Part shown: positions 1-8,011 of the stretch, in pieces
Numbering within the stretch: position 1 is the first letter of the stretch
How the letters are laid out: the number at the start of each line of letters is the position of its first letter
IMG/VR virus record: IMGVR_UViG_3300014968_000001
Span: 1 to 64,000 of that record
Strand: one strand, 5' to 3'
DNA from: a virus
Lineage: Duplodnaviria > Caudoviricetes
Length of the DNA stretch: 64,000 nt
Program-made: the position numbers and the translations under genes
The notes under the pieces: generated by a model
Databases searched by the model: none
Seen by the model: only the letters and a program-made list of their open reading frames with translations
What the model was told of the DNA's origin: nothing

Positions 1-114
1 GGAGGGGATGGTTTTTGGGGGTGGGGGTGGGGCGTCTGCCCGTCCAATATCTGGGTCTTCTAATTCTGACAGGAAATGGGTGAAAACTTTTAAAACGGAT
101 ACTGGATCAATAGG

Positions 115-189
115 ACTCCCTGAAATATTGACCTGAATAAAACCACATGAAATCAAGGTGAATCAATAGGTCATAATTATTTCAGGAGT
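115..189. repeat. Imperfect inverted repeat (~20 bp arms) with ATCAATAGG direct repeats
   Basis: actccctgaaatattgacct (115-134) vs aggtcataattatttcaggagt (168-189); atcaatagg occurs near 106 and 162. Confidence 0.55.
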
Positions 190-250
190 TTTGAACCACC
201 TCTTAAAATTCATCAAACCCTTATAAACATTGGGTAGATCAGTGTTTTGA

Positions 251-350
251 AACACAAACACAAGTAACCCATCCCCAAAAACCCGCCTAGCCCCGCTCCC
301 AGCAGGGGCGGTTCGGCGTGTTTTTGGGAATGGTTACAGTGTTGTTTTTT
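251..350. repeat. ~100-bp imperfect palindrome (cruciform/hairpin; candidate origin element)
   Basis: aacacaagtaacccatccccaaaaacccgcc..gccccgct-ccc-agcaggggc..ggcgtgtttttgggaatggttacagtgtt; arms pair over ~40 bp in AT-rich intergenic DNA. Confidence 0.8.
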
Positions 351-468
351 TTAAACCATCTGTCAACGCCCCTAAAAATCATTTTGTTTGTAAGGTATTA
401 ATAATCAAAGAAAAATAAATGAAGATTTTTGAAATAACACTTCTCTGATATAGTTGTTAATTTTAGTG

Positions 469-496
469 TTGCGTAAAAATCGTCTGGTGGTATGAA
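469..496 (+). promoter_or_regulatory. sigma70-like promoter, probably leaderless transcript of 503..979
   Basis: TTGCGT-16-TATGAA with TGG before the -10; ATG 6 nt after the -10; same GGTGGTATG as the 7264 promoter. Confidence 0.55.
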
Positions 497-502
497 TTTG
501 GA

Positions 503-979
503 ATGCAAAACGTGATCGAAGATGAGTTCAGTGGAATGGACATTTCGGAAACCCAAAAGCTAAGGATGCGGCGCAAGCGTGATGGCAAGTGCATCAGGTG
601 TGGTGAGCCTCGTGTTACGAAGATTCATTGTGAAAAGCACAGGGAAATTAACCGGACCAAGAGCCGGGAGCGTTATCGTAAAAAAATGGGGATACCATTG
701 GATGTCAGGGATCAGCGCGAGAACAACAGGTGGAGGCCAAAAGGCAGCAAAAAGAGGCTTAGGACCGGAGCGATGGAGCGTCTGGAATCTGACAAAAAAC
801 GAACGACTTCTGGTAAGAGGATGCAGCCACACTCAAAGCCGGAAGGATACGGTGAATACGTGGTCAACGGGGAAAAGGCTTTTTGGGAAATTCAACCGGG
901 TGTGGTGGTCCGGGTGCGGCGGGTCAAGGAGGCGATGCTGGAACGAATGGCGAAGGAGTGGGGATGGTGTAACTACTAA
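503..979 (+). CDS. Basic hypothetical protein with CxxC...CxxH zinc-finger-like motif
   Basis: CIRCGEPRVTKIHCEKH followed by Arg/Lys-rich helix; own promoter. Confidence 0.65.
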   Translation: MQNVIEDEFSGMDISETQKLRMRRKRDGKCIRCGEPRVTKIHCEKHREINRTKSRERYRKKMGIPLDVRDQRENNRWRPKGSKKRLRTGAMERLESDKKRTTSGKRMQPHSKPEGYGEYVVNGEKAFWEIQPGVVVRVRRVKEAMLERMAKEWGWCNY

Positions 980-2598
980 GCATTCTCCCCCACCCGATAA
1001 AGCCCATCCTCCCCCTTTTGGAGTTTCTGACGTGAAACCAGTTCAGGCACCACCCGTTTGCAGGTTGGCAGGGAGGCATCGAAGTGCATGGCAGCGAGGC
1101 ATTTTTCCAGGCGTTTGGCGATGGCGTTGAGGGTTTCGCCTTCCGCGGTGCAACCGTTGCAGAAGGTGAACAGGTTCATGGAGCAGATTTCGTTGATCTT
1201 GTTCGGGCGTCCGGAGGGTCGGGATTCGGCGGGATCGGGTTCCTCTGGCGGTGAGATTTGCTCCCAATTGATCGAAGTGGCGGACTGGCGTATCCAGATG
1301 GTTTGGGCGGGGGTTCCGTCGGGATGGGTGGCCCACGCGCGCTTGCCGCGTTTGGCGAATACGAGTCGGAAATCATTATCGGAAGCGTGTTGCAGGAGCA
1401 TGACCGCTCGCGCCCAATTGACCAGTTCGGATGACCCGAGGCCGTCGTACATAAGTTCGTATATGGACGGTTCGTGGCCGGGTTTCTGTTCTTTGGAAGG
1501 TTTCCCGGTATGATGAACCGAAATAAGGACGGCGCCGGTTTCGCGGAGAACTGGGTCGAGCCATACCCGGCAGAACATGGACACGTCTGATTGACGGCTG
1601 ACATCAATTCCGGCGAAGGAAAGAAGTGGATCGACTAGAACGAGTTCGGCTTTGTGATCGAGGATGGCTTTGCGCAGCCAACGGCAGAAATGCTGGCCGA
1701 TTACGCCAACCACGGTGCGGACGACGATATTGGAGTTCAGGAGCTTGTCGGTGGTGGAATGGGGGTCGAACTGGTCGGATTCGAGGGACATCCCCTGGGC
1801 CATCTCCGCCATGTCGCCCTGATCGTTTTCGGCCTGGACGACGAGGACGCGGAGGGGGCCGCGTCCTTTGACACCAAAGAAATCCTTTCCGGAAGCCATG
1901 TCCCGGGCGAGGCGCATGTGAAGAGACGACTTGCCGGCACCGGACGGGGCGATGATCCACGCGGCATGACCTTTGCAGAGGAATCGGGTGGTTTTACCAT
2001 CTTTGAAGCCAATGACACAATTGGGGTCTTTGGACGTGTCGAAATCCATGAGGTCCTGCCACGACATCGAATCGTCCAGGGAACGCGCCTTGCGGTCGAA
2101 CACCTTGCGCAAATCATATTCTGAGTGGTCCATTAGCGTTTTGACATCCCCTGTATGGTCGTAAACTCGGTTGACTATGGAAGTGCAGGTCTGAATGAGC
2201 CGACGCAGATCGTATTTTTCCTCAACAATGTCGAGGTAATAGGACAGGTTAGCCGCGGACGGGACGGTATCAGGCAGGGCGGTCAGGTACGCCAGCCCGC
2301 CCACTTCATCCAACAGCCCTGAATTTTTGAGCCGCTGTTGCAGTGTAATCATGTCCACCGCCTCAAAGGCATCATCCATTGCGAGGATGGACTGCATAAT
2401 GCACTGGTGGCGGAGATCGTAGAAAGCATCGGTCTTTGCGCCGAACCGTTCCCGGTATTGGGTGACGCAGGATTCCGGGGATAGAAGGATGCAGCCGAGG
2501 ACGCCTTGCTCAGAGGGCATGTCGTGTGGAGGCAGCCGGTCGGCATGGCCATTCTGGGATAAACCAGCCCGGTCATGGCGTTGTTGTGAGTCAATCAT
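976..2598 (-). CDS. Replicative helicase: DnaB N-terminal domain fused to AAA_25/RepA-like ATPase
   Basis: PPHDMPSEQGVLG..HQCIMQSI..GGLAYLTAL..PSAANLSYY (DnaB-N); Walker A APSGAGKS, VQAEND, Walker B LVLVDP, VHHTGK, GSS; start moved to ATG 2598 (ATGA overlap). Confidence 0.85.
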   Translation of the reverse strand: MIDSQQRHDRAGLSQNGHADRLPPHDMPSEQGVLGCILLSPESCVTQYRERFGAKTDAFYDLRHQCIMQSILAMDDAFEAVDMITLQQRLKNSGLLDEVGGLAYLTALPDTVPSAANLSYYLDIVEEKYDLRRLIQTCTSIVNRVYDHTGDVKTLMDHSEYDLRKVFDRKARSLDDSMSWQDLMDFDTSKDPNCVIGFKDGKTTRFLCKGHAAWIIAPSGAGKSSLHMRLARDMASGKDFFGVKGRGPLRVLVVQAENDQGDMAEMAQGMSLESDQFDPHSTTDKLLNSNIVVRTVVGVIGQHFCRWLRKAILDHKAELVLVDPLLSFAGIDVSRQSDVSMFCRVWLDPVLRETGAVLISVHHTGKPSKEQKPGHEPSIYELMYDGLGSSELVNWARAVMLLQHASDNDFRLVFAKRGKRAWATHPDGTPAQTIWIRQSATSINWEQISPPEEPDPAESRPSGRPNKINEICSMNLFTFCNGCTAEGETLNAIAKRLEKCLAAMHFDASLPTCKRVVPELVSRQKLQKGEDGLYRVGENA

Positions 2599-2984
2599 GG
2601 CGAGGGTAATGCGGTGGTGATGTCGATTTTGACGGCGGTTCCGGGCTGGCCTTCGGTGAGGTGTTGGGAATAATCCCACTTGATGATCCCGTCGTCGATG
2701 CCAAGGGAGCGGGCGATGGCATCCCGGTAGTGCTTGAAACCGCTGACGAGGTTATCGTCGTCAAGAGTCCGGCTTCCGAAATGAATGAGCGAAACTCGGA
2801 CGTGCGGGCGATTTGTTGCCACGCCAGTTGGGCGCGTTTGCTGTCCTTGTGATTGACCGTCCAATGGACGTTGAGCTTTTTGTTGGCCGACTTGGGGACG
2901 AACGGGGACCACGCCAAAAAGGTGCGGGTTACGGCGGCGGACGGCTTCGGAGACTTTGGCATCGCGGATGTCCTTTGGGTTCAT
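2595..2984 (-). CDS. RusA-like endonuclease / Holliday junction resolvase
   Basis: RTLDDDNLVSGFKHYRDAIA matches the RusA-type DxDN..K..D motif; replication context. Confidence 0.65.
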   Translation of the reverse strand: MNPKDIRDAKVSEAVRRRNPHLFGVVPVRPQVGQQKAQRPLDGQSQGQQTRPTGVATNRPHVRVSLIHFGSRTLDDDNLVSGFKHYRDAIARSLGIDDGIIKWDYSQHLTEGQPGTAVKIDITTALPSP

Positions 2985-3919
2985 GGTTTGAAAGTTTTGG
3001 CAATCCACGCGGCCAGCGCCGGGGGTATTTTGGCAATTTCAGCGGAGGCTTGTTTGCGGGCATTGGACCTGGAGCCGCTCCGAGCGGCTCCATTCTGGAA
3101 CCATGCGTCCCCTTTCCCGTTGTCACGTACGCCGCCGATACCGGGTTGTTTTGTCCCTTCGTCTCCACAATCTCGGCTGGTGAACCGCGCGCCGTTTCCG
3201 GGCGCAGTCCTGCGCCCGGAAACGCTTGGTTGCTTCACGCCATCACCCGCCTGTTGGCCTGCAATGCGCGTAAAATCCTGGCCCTTGATACTGCGGTCAG
3301 ACCAGTTCATGCCAACGGTTTTATTGCCTTCGGCTTTAAGCGCATCGCAAAGTCGGGAAATTGGGCGTTCACTCCACAGGGGCGAAGTTGTATTTCCCAC
3401 GGGCAACTTTTGCCCGTGGGACCCTTTTCCGGGTATGGGCATCAATGCAGGTACATCACCCCAAAGATAAAAGCTGCCAAAATTCCACCGTGCTTTTCCC
3501 ACCCATCGCTGCGCACCACGAACATTTTCGACCACCATCGGCACGTAATGTCCAACCGCTTCGGATACTTCACGCTGAATCCGAAAGCATTGATTGAACA
3601 AATCGCAGAGGCGCTTCTGTTCGGCGGGGTCGGCCTGAATCTTCCGCATCTTTTCCTTCGCCTTTGACCACGGCATCGCCATGTAGGAAAATTCCTGACA
3701 AGGCGGCGAGGCTACGATGCAGGCGGGTACGCCATAAGTTTTTACCAGTTCGGCGCCAGTGATACTTCGGATGTCGCGCAAGACCAGTTCTCCAGGATAC
3801 CCACCATTGCCATAGTCGTGCTTCTCAATGTCGAATCCAACAGCACGATAGCCTTCCGCGATGAACGCTTCGGACCAGCCGCCAAGGCCGCAAAAGAGGT
3901 CTATGACCAAAGGTTGCAT
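2981..3919 (-). CDS. DNA cytosine-C5 methyltransferase
   Basis: Motif I IDLFCGLGG, motif IV ASPPCQEFS, motif VI VVENV, C-terminal IAKIPPALAAWIA. Confidence 0.9.
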   Translation of the reverse strand: MQPLVIDLFCGLGGWSEAFIAEGYRAVGFDIEKHDYGNGGYPGELVLRDIRSITGAELVKTYGVPACIVASPPCQEFSYMAMPWSKAKEKMRKIQADPAEQKRLCDLFNQCFRIQREVSEAVGHYVPMVVENVRGAQRWVGKARWNFGSFYLWGDVPALMPIPGKGSHGQKLPVGNTTSPLWSERPISRLCDALKAEGNKTVGMNWSDRSIKGQDFTRIAGQQAGDGVKQPSVSGRRTAPGNGARFTSRDCGDEGTKQPGIGGVRDNGKGDAWFQNGAARSGSRSNARKQASAEIAKIPPALAAWIAKTFKP

Positions 3920-3920
3920 T

Positions 3921-4094
3921 CTAAAACTCCAACTCCCCTTCCTTCTCCAAGGACTTCACCACCGCATCCGCATCCTCGGTAGCCATCTTCTTCTGTTCAG
4001 GCGTGGGGATGCCGGTGACTTCGAGAATTCCTAAACGCTCCGCATAGCGATAGTTCCATTCGGATTTGAGTTCGGCGGGGGTGAGGTTGGTCAT
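3921..4094 (-). CDS. 57-aa hypothetical protein (not in ORF track)
   Basis: MTNLTPAELKSEWNYRYAERLGILEV..; fills the gap exactly, with ATGA overlap to the helicase stop. Confidence 0.7.
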   Translation of the reverse strand: MTNLTPAELKSEWNYRYAERLGILEVTGIPTPEQKKMATEDADAVVKSLEKEGELEF

Positions 4095-5650
4095 ATCATT
4101 TCGGGTTGCTTGCGTTGTTTGTTCAACTTCTGAAAAAAGGCGATGCCTTCGCGTTCCGTGGCGTTCTGCCAGTTCGCATAGCCCATCCGCTTCATTAACC
4201 CGCGCACTTTATGGCTGGCCAGTTTGAGCGGCTTGGTCTTGAAATAAATGTCGAGGATTTTACTGGCGTGATCCCAACTCTTAACGCTGTCCACATCAAT
4301 CTTGGCTTCTTCCAGATATTTCCGCTGCTTGTCCGTCACAGGCTTCTGTTGCCACGGCATGATGGGTTCGTATTCGGCCAGTTCCAGGTTGCGATGTTGC
4401 ATGGCGAAGGCTTCGGCGGAAATCAGTTGGGCCTTGCGATGAGCATTTTCTTCCAGCTTTTTACGCAGCGATTCTTCCCGCATGGAAGTGGCTTCGCCGG
4501 CAACTTCAAGCAGGTCCAGTTGACCGGCGACTTCCGCCGGCAAGCCAGCGTCTTTTTCGGTCAAGGCGGTGATAGTATCCCGTTCCTCGTCAGTTTGAGC
4601 CAGGAGACAGGCGGGACGGCAGATGAGGCGTTTGGTGGCTTGGTAGAGAAAATCCAAAAGGAGGCAGTCGGATTTTCCGGGGGCGAGGCGAGTGCCGCGG
4701 CCTACTTGCTGTTGATAGAGAGTTACACTTTTGGTCGGGCGGCAGGGCACCAGGCAGTCTGTTTCTGGGATGTCGATACCCCTCGTGAGCAGCATGGAGT
4801 TGGCGAGAATATCGGTTTGACCAGACCGAAACTTTGCAATCTTAGAAACGCGGAGCGGGTCATCGCCGTAGACGTAATCGCAGTTCAATCCGATCCCGCG
4901 CGCAATTTCGGTAAATCGTTCACAGGTTTTTATCAGTGGCATGAAAACCAGCGTGCGGCGAAACGGAGCATGAATCTCAATCTGTCTGGCGATTTCCTCA
5001 AGGTGCGGTGTGATAATGGCATCTGCTTCCTCGTCGGTAAAATCCGTGCCAGCGCCCAAAGCACCGACGTTGAGCTTTATTGGAAGCATCTGAATTTTTA
5101 TCGGCGACAGGAAGCCTTTCTTAATCAGGCTTTTGAGGTTTTCCAGCTCTATGATCCAGTCGTAATAAAGGCCAAGATTTTTTTTATCAGTCCGATGGGG
5201 TGTCGCAGTCCACGCGATTACGCGGGCCTTCTCGTCGAAATGTTTCAACACGGTTTGAAAACTGGGCGTGATTGATTTGTCGCCTTCGTCCACGATGATG
5301 AGGTCAAAGGCGTTACGCGGCCATTTCTCCAACCGTCCGCCCATTGATTGCACGGTGGCGAACACAACATTGGCTTTATTCGACGCCCTAAATTCAGCCT
5401 GTTCGACTTCACCCGTGATTCCGCAAAGGCTTTCCAGCCGCTCTTTGGCCTGCCACGCGAGGTCTTTCTGATCGACAAGGAAGAGGGCGGACTCAAAATT
5501 GTTCACCGCCTTTTCAATCTCCCAAGATGCCATCGAATTTTTCCCACTGCCGGTCGGCGATATAACCGCAATCTTCCTGAACCCATCTGCGAACGCCTTG
5601 TCGATGGCGTTGGCGTAGTTGACCTGGTATGGGTGGGGGGTGTGTTTCAT
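4091..5650 (-). CDS. Superfamily II DExD/H helicase (ResIII/helicase-C)
   Basis: Q-motif PHPYQ, SPTGSGKN, IIVDEGD, TATPHR, LTRGIDIP, QQVGRGTR; start set at MKHTP after AGGGGG. Confidence 0.92.
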   Translation of the reverse strand: MKHTPHPYQVNYANAIDKAFADGFRKIAVISPTGSGKNSMASWEIEKAVNNFESALFLVDQKDLAWQAKERLESLCGITGEVEQAEFRASNKANVVFATVQSMGGRLEKWPRNAFDLIIVDEGDKSITPSFQTVLKHFDEKARVIAWTATPHRTDKKNLGLYYDWIIELENLKSLIKKGFLSPIKIQMLPIKLNVGALGAGTDFTDEEADAIITPHLEEIARQIEIHAPFRRTLVFMPLIKTCERFTEIARGIGLNCDYVYGDDPLRVSKIAKFRSGQTDILANSMLLTRGIDIPETDCLVPCRPTKSVTLYQQQVGRGTRLAPGKSDCLLLDFLYQATKRLICRPACLLAQTDEERDTITALTEKDAGLPAEVAGQLDLLEVAGEATSMREESLRKKLEENAHRKAQLISAEAFAMQHRNLELAEYEPIMPWQQKPVTDKQRKYLEEAKIDVDSVKSWDHASKILDIYFKTKPLKLASHKVRGLMKRMGYANWQNATEREGIAFFQKLNKQRKQPEMI

Positions 5651-5654
5651 GTTA

Positions 5655-5951
5655 TTACCCCTTTTTAAGTCCAAGAATATTAGCTATAATCTCGGTTCGC
5701 CGCTCGTTTCCTTTTGCAAATTCTTTGACGGCAATCATCATCACGCTTTCCAATTCATCCGTTATTGGCTTTTTTAGAAGTTTGATGTGGATGTAAACCT
5801 TCACGGCCCAAATCAAATGAGCTAACCTCAGTCTGCGCTTAATGATTGCGTACATCCCGTAAGTGAGAAACGAAAACGATGTCAGGGCCACACATATAAA
5901 AAACGAGTAGCAGAGCGCGTTAACAATCCAATGCGGAATAAATATGTTCAT
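5655..5951 (-). CDS. Small membrane protein
   Basis: N-terminal hydrophobic helix; CAGGAG RBS 7 nt upstream; first gene of the leftward operon. Confidence 0.7.
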   Translation of the reverse strand: MNIFIPHWIVNALCYSFFICVALTSFSFLTYGMYAIIKRRLRLAHLIWAVKVYIHIKLLKKPITDELESVMMIAVKEFAKGNERRTEIIANILGLKKG

Positions 5952-5964
5952 TCAATCACTCCTG

Positions 5965-6078
5965 AAATCGCCAGTCGGTTTTGCGGTGGTAGAAAGTTGC
6001 CGTGAGGCAGCAAACTGGCGCGAGCCAACTGGCGATTTGAATAGTGTTCGATTGTTTCCATAGGGCTACCACACCCAT
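5965..6078 (-). ncRNA. Structured 5' leader with putative kissing loop (element A)
   Basis: 14-bp stem 5965-5978/6025-6038 ending at the RBS; upstream GGG-TGTGGTAG-CCC hairpin whose loop is complementary to CTACCAC inside the stem's loop. Confidence 0.6.
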
Positions 6079-6099
6079 TTTCTGTTGCTGACGAAACGC

Positions 6100-6128
6100 A
6101 CCGTAGGGAGAATTCTTAGAGGCGTAAA
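6100..6128 (-). promoter_or_regulatory. Leftward sigma70-like promoter of helicase/MTase operon
   Basis: TTTACG-17-TACGGT on the minus strand; AATTCTTA direct repeats overlap it. Confidence 0.6.
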
Positions 6129-6183
6129 GAAAATTCTTAAAATAATTTTACCGGCTGAGTCTGGTCGCTGCGATTAACCCTGT

Positions 6184-6465
6184 ATGAATCGACAACTGAC
6201 TCAAAAGGAAAAAGACTGGATACATAAATCATGGCTGTGCTACAAACAGGTGATGAACAAAACTCAAATCATATCAGCCCTGCACGCCATCAGCATGGAG
6301 AACGAAATGCAGGCGGCTAGCGAACATCAGACAAGAGTGGCGACGATGCTTTCGGATTTGAGTCGGAAGATTGAAAGCAATGGGGAGTTCCCGCATCCGT
6401 GTGAATGGATTGAGAAGATGCCGCTGCTGGTTATTCACGAGACGTTTCCGAAGGTGATTTTATGA
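6184..6465 (+). CDS. Hypothetical protein
   Basis: 93-aa ORF, ATGA-coupled to the next gene. Confidence 0.6.
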   Translation: MNRQLTQKEKDWIHKSWLCYKQVMNKTQIISALHAISMENEMQAASEHQTRVATMLSDLSRKIESNGEFPHPCEWIEKMPLLVIHETFPKVIL

Positions 6466-6806
6466 ACCGCCGATCCTTCTTTCGAAAACTTGGCCTGACT
6501 ACTGGTGTGGCGATAGCTGCGCCCGTGGCGATTCCGAAGTTGTTGGAGGCTGTGCCAAAGTCGGAGGTGTGGCGTTACTCAATGGACGGTATATTCGCTC
6601 AAGCGCACGAGCTTTGGTTGAGTCGTCCCCCATCCAGATATATTGACGTGTACACCGACCGCGAGACAGCAGACCAAATTAAAAAGGGCGTGGCTCGCTA
6701 TGAGTGGAAAGAAAAGTATCGCCAGGAGAGAATTGCTCGGTCGGCAAACAATAGACGGGAGGAATGGGTGCAAGTCCCATACAGTTCGGCAACTCTGTTA
6801 GTGTAA
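6462..6806 (+). CDS. Protein with twin-arginine (Tat)-like signal
   Basis: MNRRSFFRKLGLTTGVAIAAPVA. Confidence 0.65.
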   Translation: MNRRSFFRKLGLTTGVAIAAPVAIPKLLEAVPKSEVWRYSMDGIFAQAHELWLSRPPSRYIDVYTDRETADQIKKGVARYEWKEKYRQERIARSANNRREEWVQVPYSSATLLV

Positions 6807-6854
6807 TAGTAGCAGCCTGAAACGCCCGTAAAGACGGTATAAAAGTTGTCGATG

Positions 6855-6957
6855 GACTGGTCGTTGCGCGAAAGCGTGGTTTACTTGTACTGTAGCAAGT
6901 CGCCGTTGAAACAGCACGGTGAAAGAGCCGAAGGCTTCGAGACTTCAACGACCAGTC
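6855..6957 (+). ncRNA. Candidate multi-branch structured RNA (element C)
   Basis: Perfect 12-bp closing stem gactggtcgttg/caacgaccagtc enclosing 4 hairpins (cgc-gaaa-gcg, acttg/caagt, ccgt/acgg, agcc-gaa-ggct), then a T-run. Confidence 0.55.
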
Positions 6958-6960
6958 TTT

Positions 6961-7212
6961 TTACCACTGGATGAACGGGTGCCCCGTTAAAGATAAAAGA
7001 AAATTCAAGGCGATCACGACCGCAATAAACGCGAAGAAAATCATCCAGATAGTCAGCACCACGGCGGGCACGCCCATCTTTTTGAAAATCCAATCGCCAA
7101 ACCACCAGACGATAGCGAGGCATACGGCGATTATGAGGACGAAGAAAACGTTATGAACGAGGTCGCTTCCGCTACCGACGCGAGCAACAGCATCAGCCAA
7201 AATAGTATTCAT
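6961..7212 (-). CDS. Two-TM small membrane protein (Thivi_2564-like/holin-like)
   Basis: Two hydrophobic helices separated by KKMGVP. Confidence 0.7.
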   Translation of the reverse strand: MNTILADAVARVGSGSDLVHNVFFVLIIAVCLAIVWWFGDWIFKKMGVPAVVLTIWMIFFAFIAVVIALNFLLSLTGHPFIQW

Positions 7213-7263
7213 GCCGGTACGGCAGCACGGCTCCCCGCCGAATCAATGGGTAAAACTCCGTAG

Positions 7264-7291
7264 TTTACAATGGAATTTCGGGTGGTATGGT
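7264..7291 (+). promoter_or_regulatory. sigma70-like promoter
   Basis: TTTACA-16-TATGGT with TGG extension, 10 nt before ATG 7302. Confidence 0.6.
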
Positions 7292-7301
7292 TTGAAACGT
7301 T

Positions 7302-7640
7302 ATGCATGAAGCATTGCAGGAGTTGCGCGTTCTTGGTGAACGGTTGCTCCATAAACAAAAACAAACCCTGTCCGTTCTTGAACGGATTGAAAGAAAGTTA
7401 ACTATTATGGCAGCTACAATCGACCAGTTAGTACAGGACGCAACGGACGAATCCACGGTAGAAGATTCACTGATTGCGATTACCTCCGGGTTCAAAGCGC
7501 AGTTGGACGCGATCCTCGCAGGCGCTCTTCCTGCGGCAGTTCAGGCGAAGGTGGACGCGGCCTTTGCCACGTTGGAGGCTAATAAAGCCAAGCTGGCTGC
7601 TGCGGTATTGGCGAACACCCCCGCCGCACCCGCTGCGTAA
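7302..7640 (+). CDS. Ala-rich coiled-coil protein
   Basis: Own promoter and terminator; MAATIDQLVQ..LAAAVLANTPAAPAA. Confidence 0.8.
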   Translation: MHEALQELRVLGERLLHKQKQTLSVLERIERKLTIMAATIDQLVQDATDESTVEDSLIAITSGFKAQLDAILAGALPAAVQAKVDAAFATLEANKAKLAAAVLANTPAAPAA

Positions 7641-7658
7641 AGCAACCAATAAAATTAC

Positions 7659-7689
7659 ACGCCCCACTGGAAACGGTGGGGCGTTTTTT
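7659..7689 (+). terminator. Rho-independent terminator
   Basis: acgccccactg-gaaa-cggtggggcgt followed by a T-run. Confidence 0.85.
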
Positions 7690-8011
7690 ATTGCACGTTA
7701 ATTGGCAACCCGAGATGTTCGCAAACCTTATGAATCGCCTCGCGTTCGGTCCTGCCGTATTGCGCGATACCGGATTCATCCAAGAGCCTTCCGATTTTGG
7801 AGAAGCACTCAAACAGGTCGTCGGTGGATTTTATCCCATAGCCTTTCCCCATTGCGAGAGCCGACGGCATATGGACGGCGAGCCACGCGAGTTCATTCAT
7901 GCCTCGGCAATAGTGCGTCTCAATCATCAACGCGGATTTGATGGCGGATAGCCGTTGCTTGCGCGTGGGTGAATCGCGCGGGACATCGAGAAGCATGGGG
8001 GTTCGGCTCAT
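7688..8011 (-). CDS. Hypothetical protein
   Basis: 107 aa, ATGA-coupled to the SMC-like gene. Confidence 0.7.
   Translation of the reverse strand: MSRTPMLLDVPRDSPTRKQRLSAIKSALMIETHYCRGMNELAWLAVHMPSALAMGKGYGIKSTDDLFECFSKIGRLLDESGIAQYGRTEREAIHKVCEHLGLPINVQ

Noticed and set aside
6810-6960. Hammerhead ribozyme or group II intron domain V
   Set aside because: No CUGANGA core and no complete domain V helix; only short GAAA similarities.
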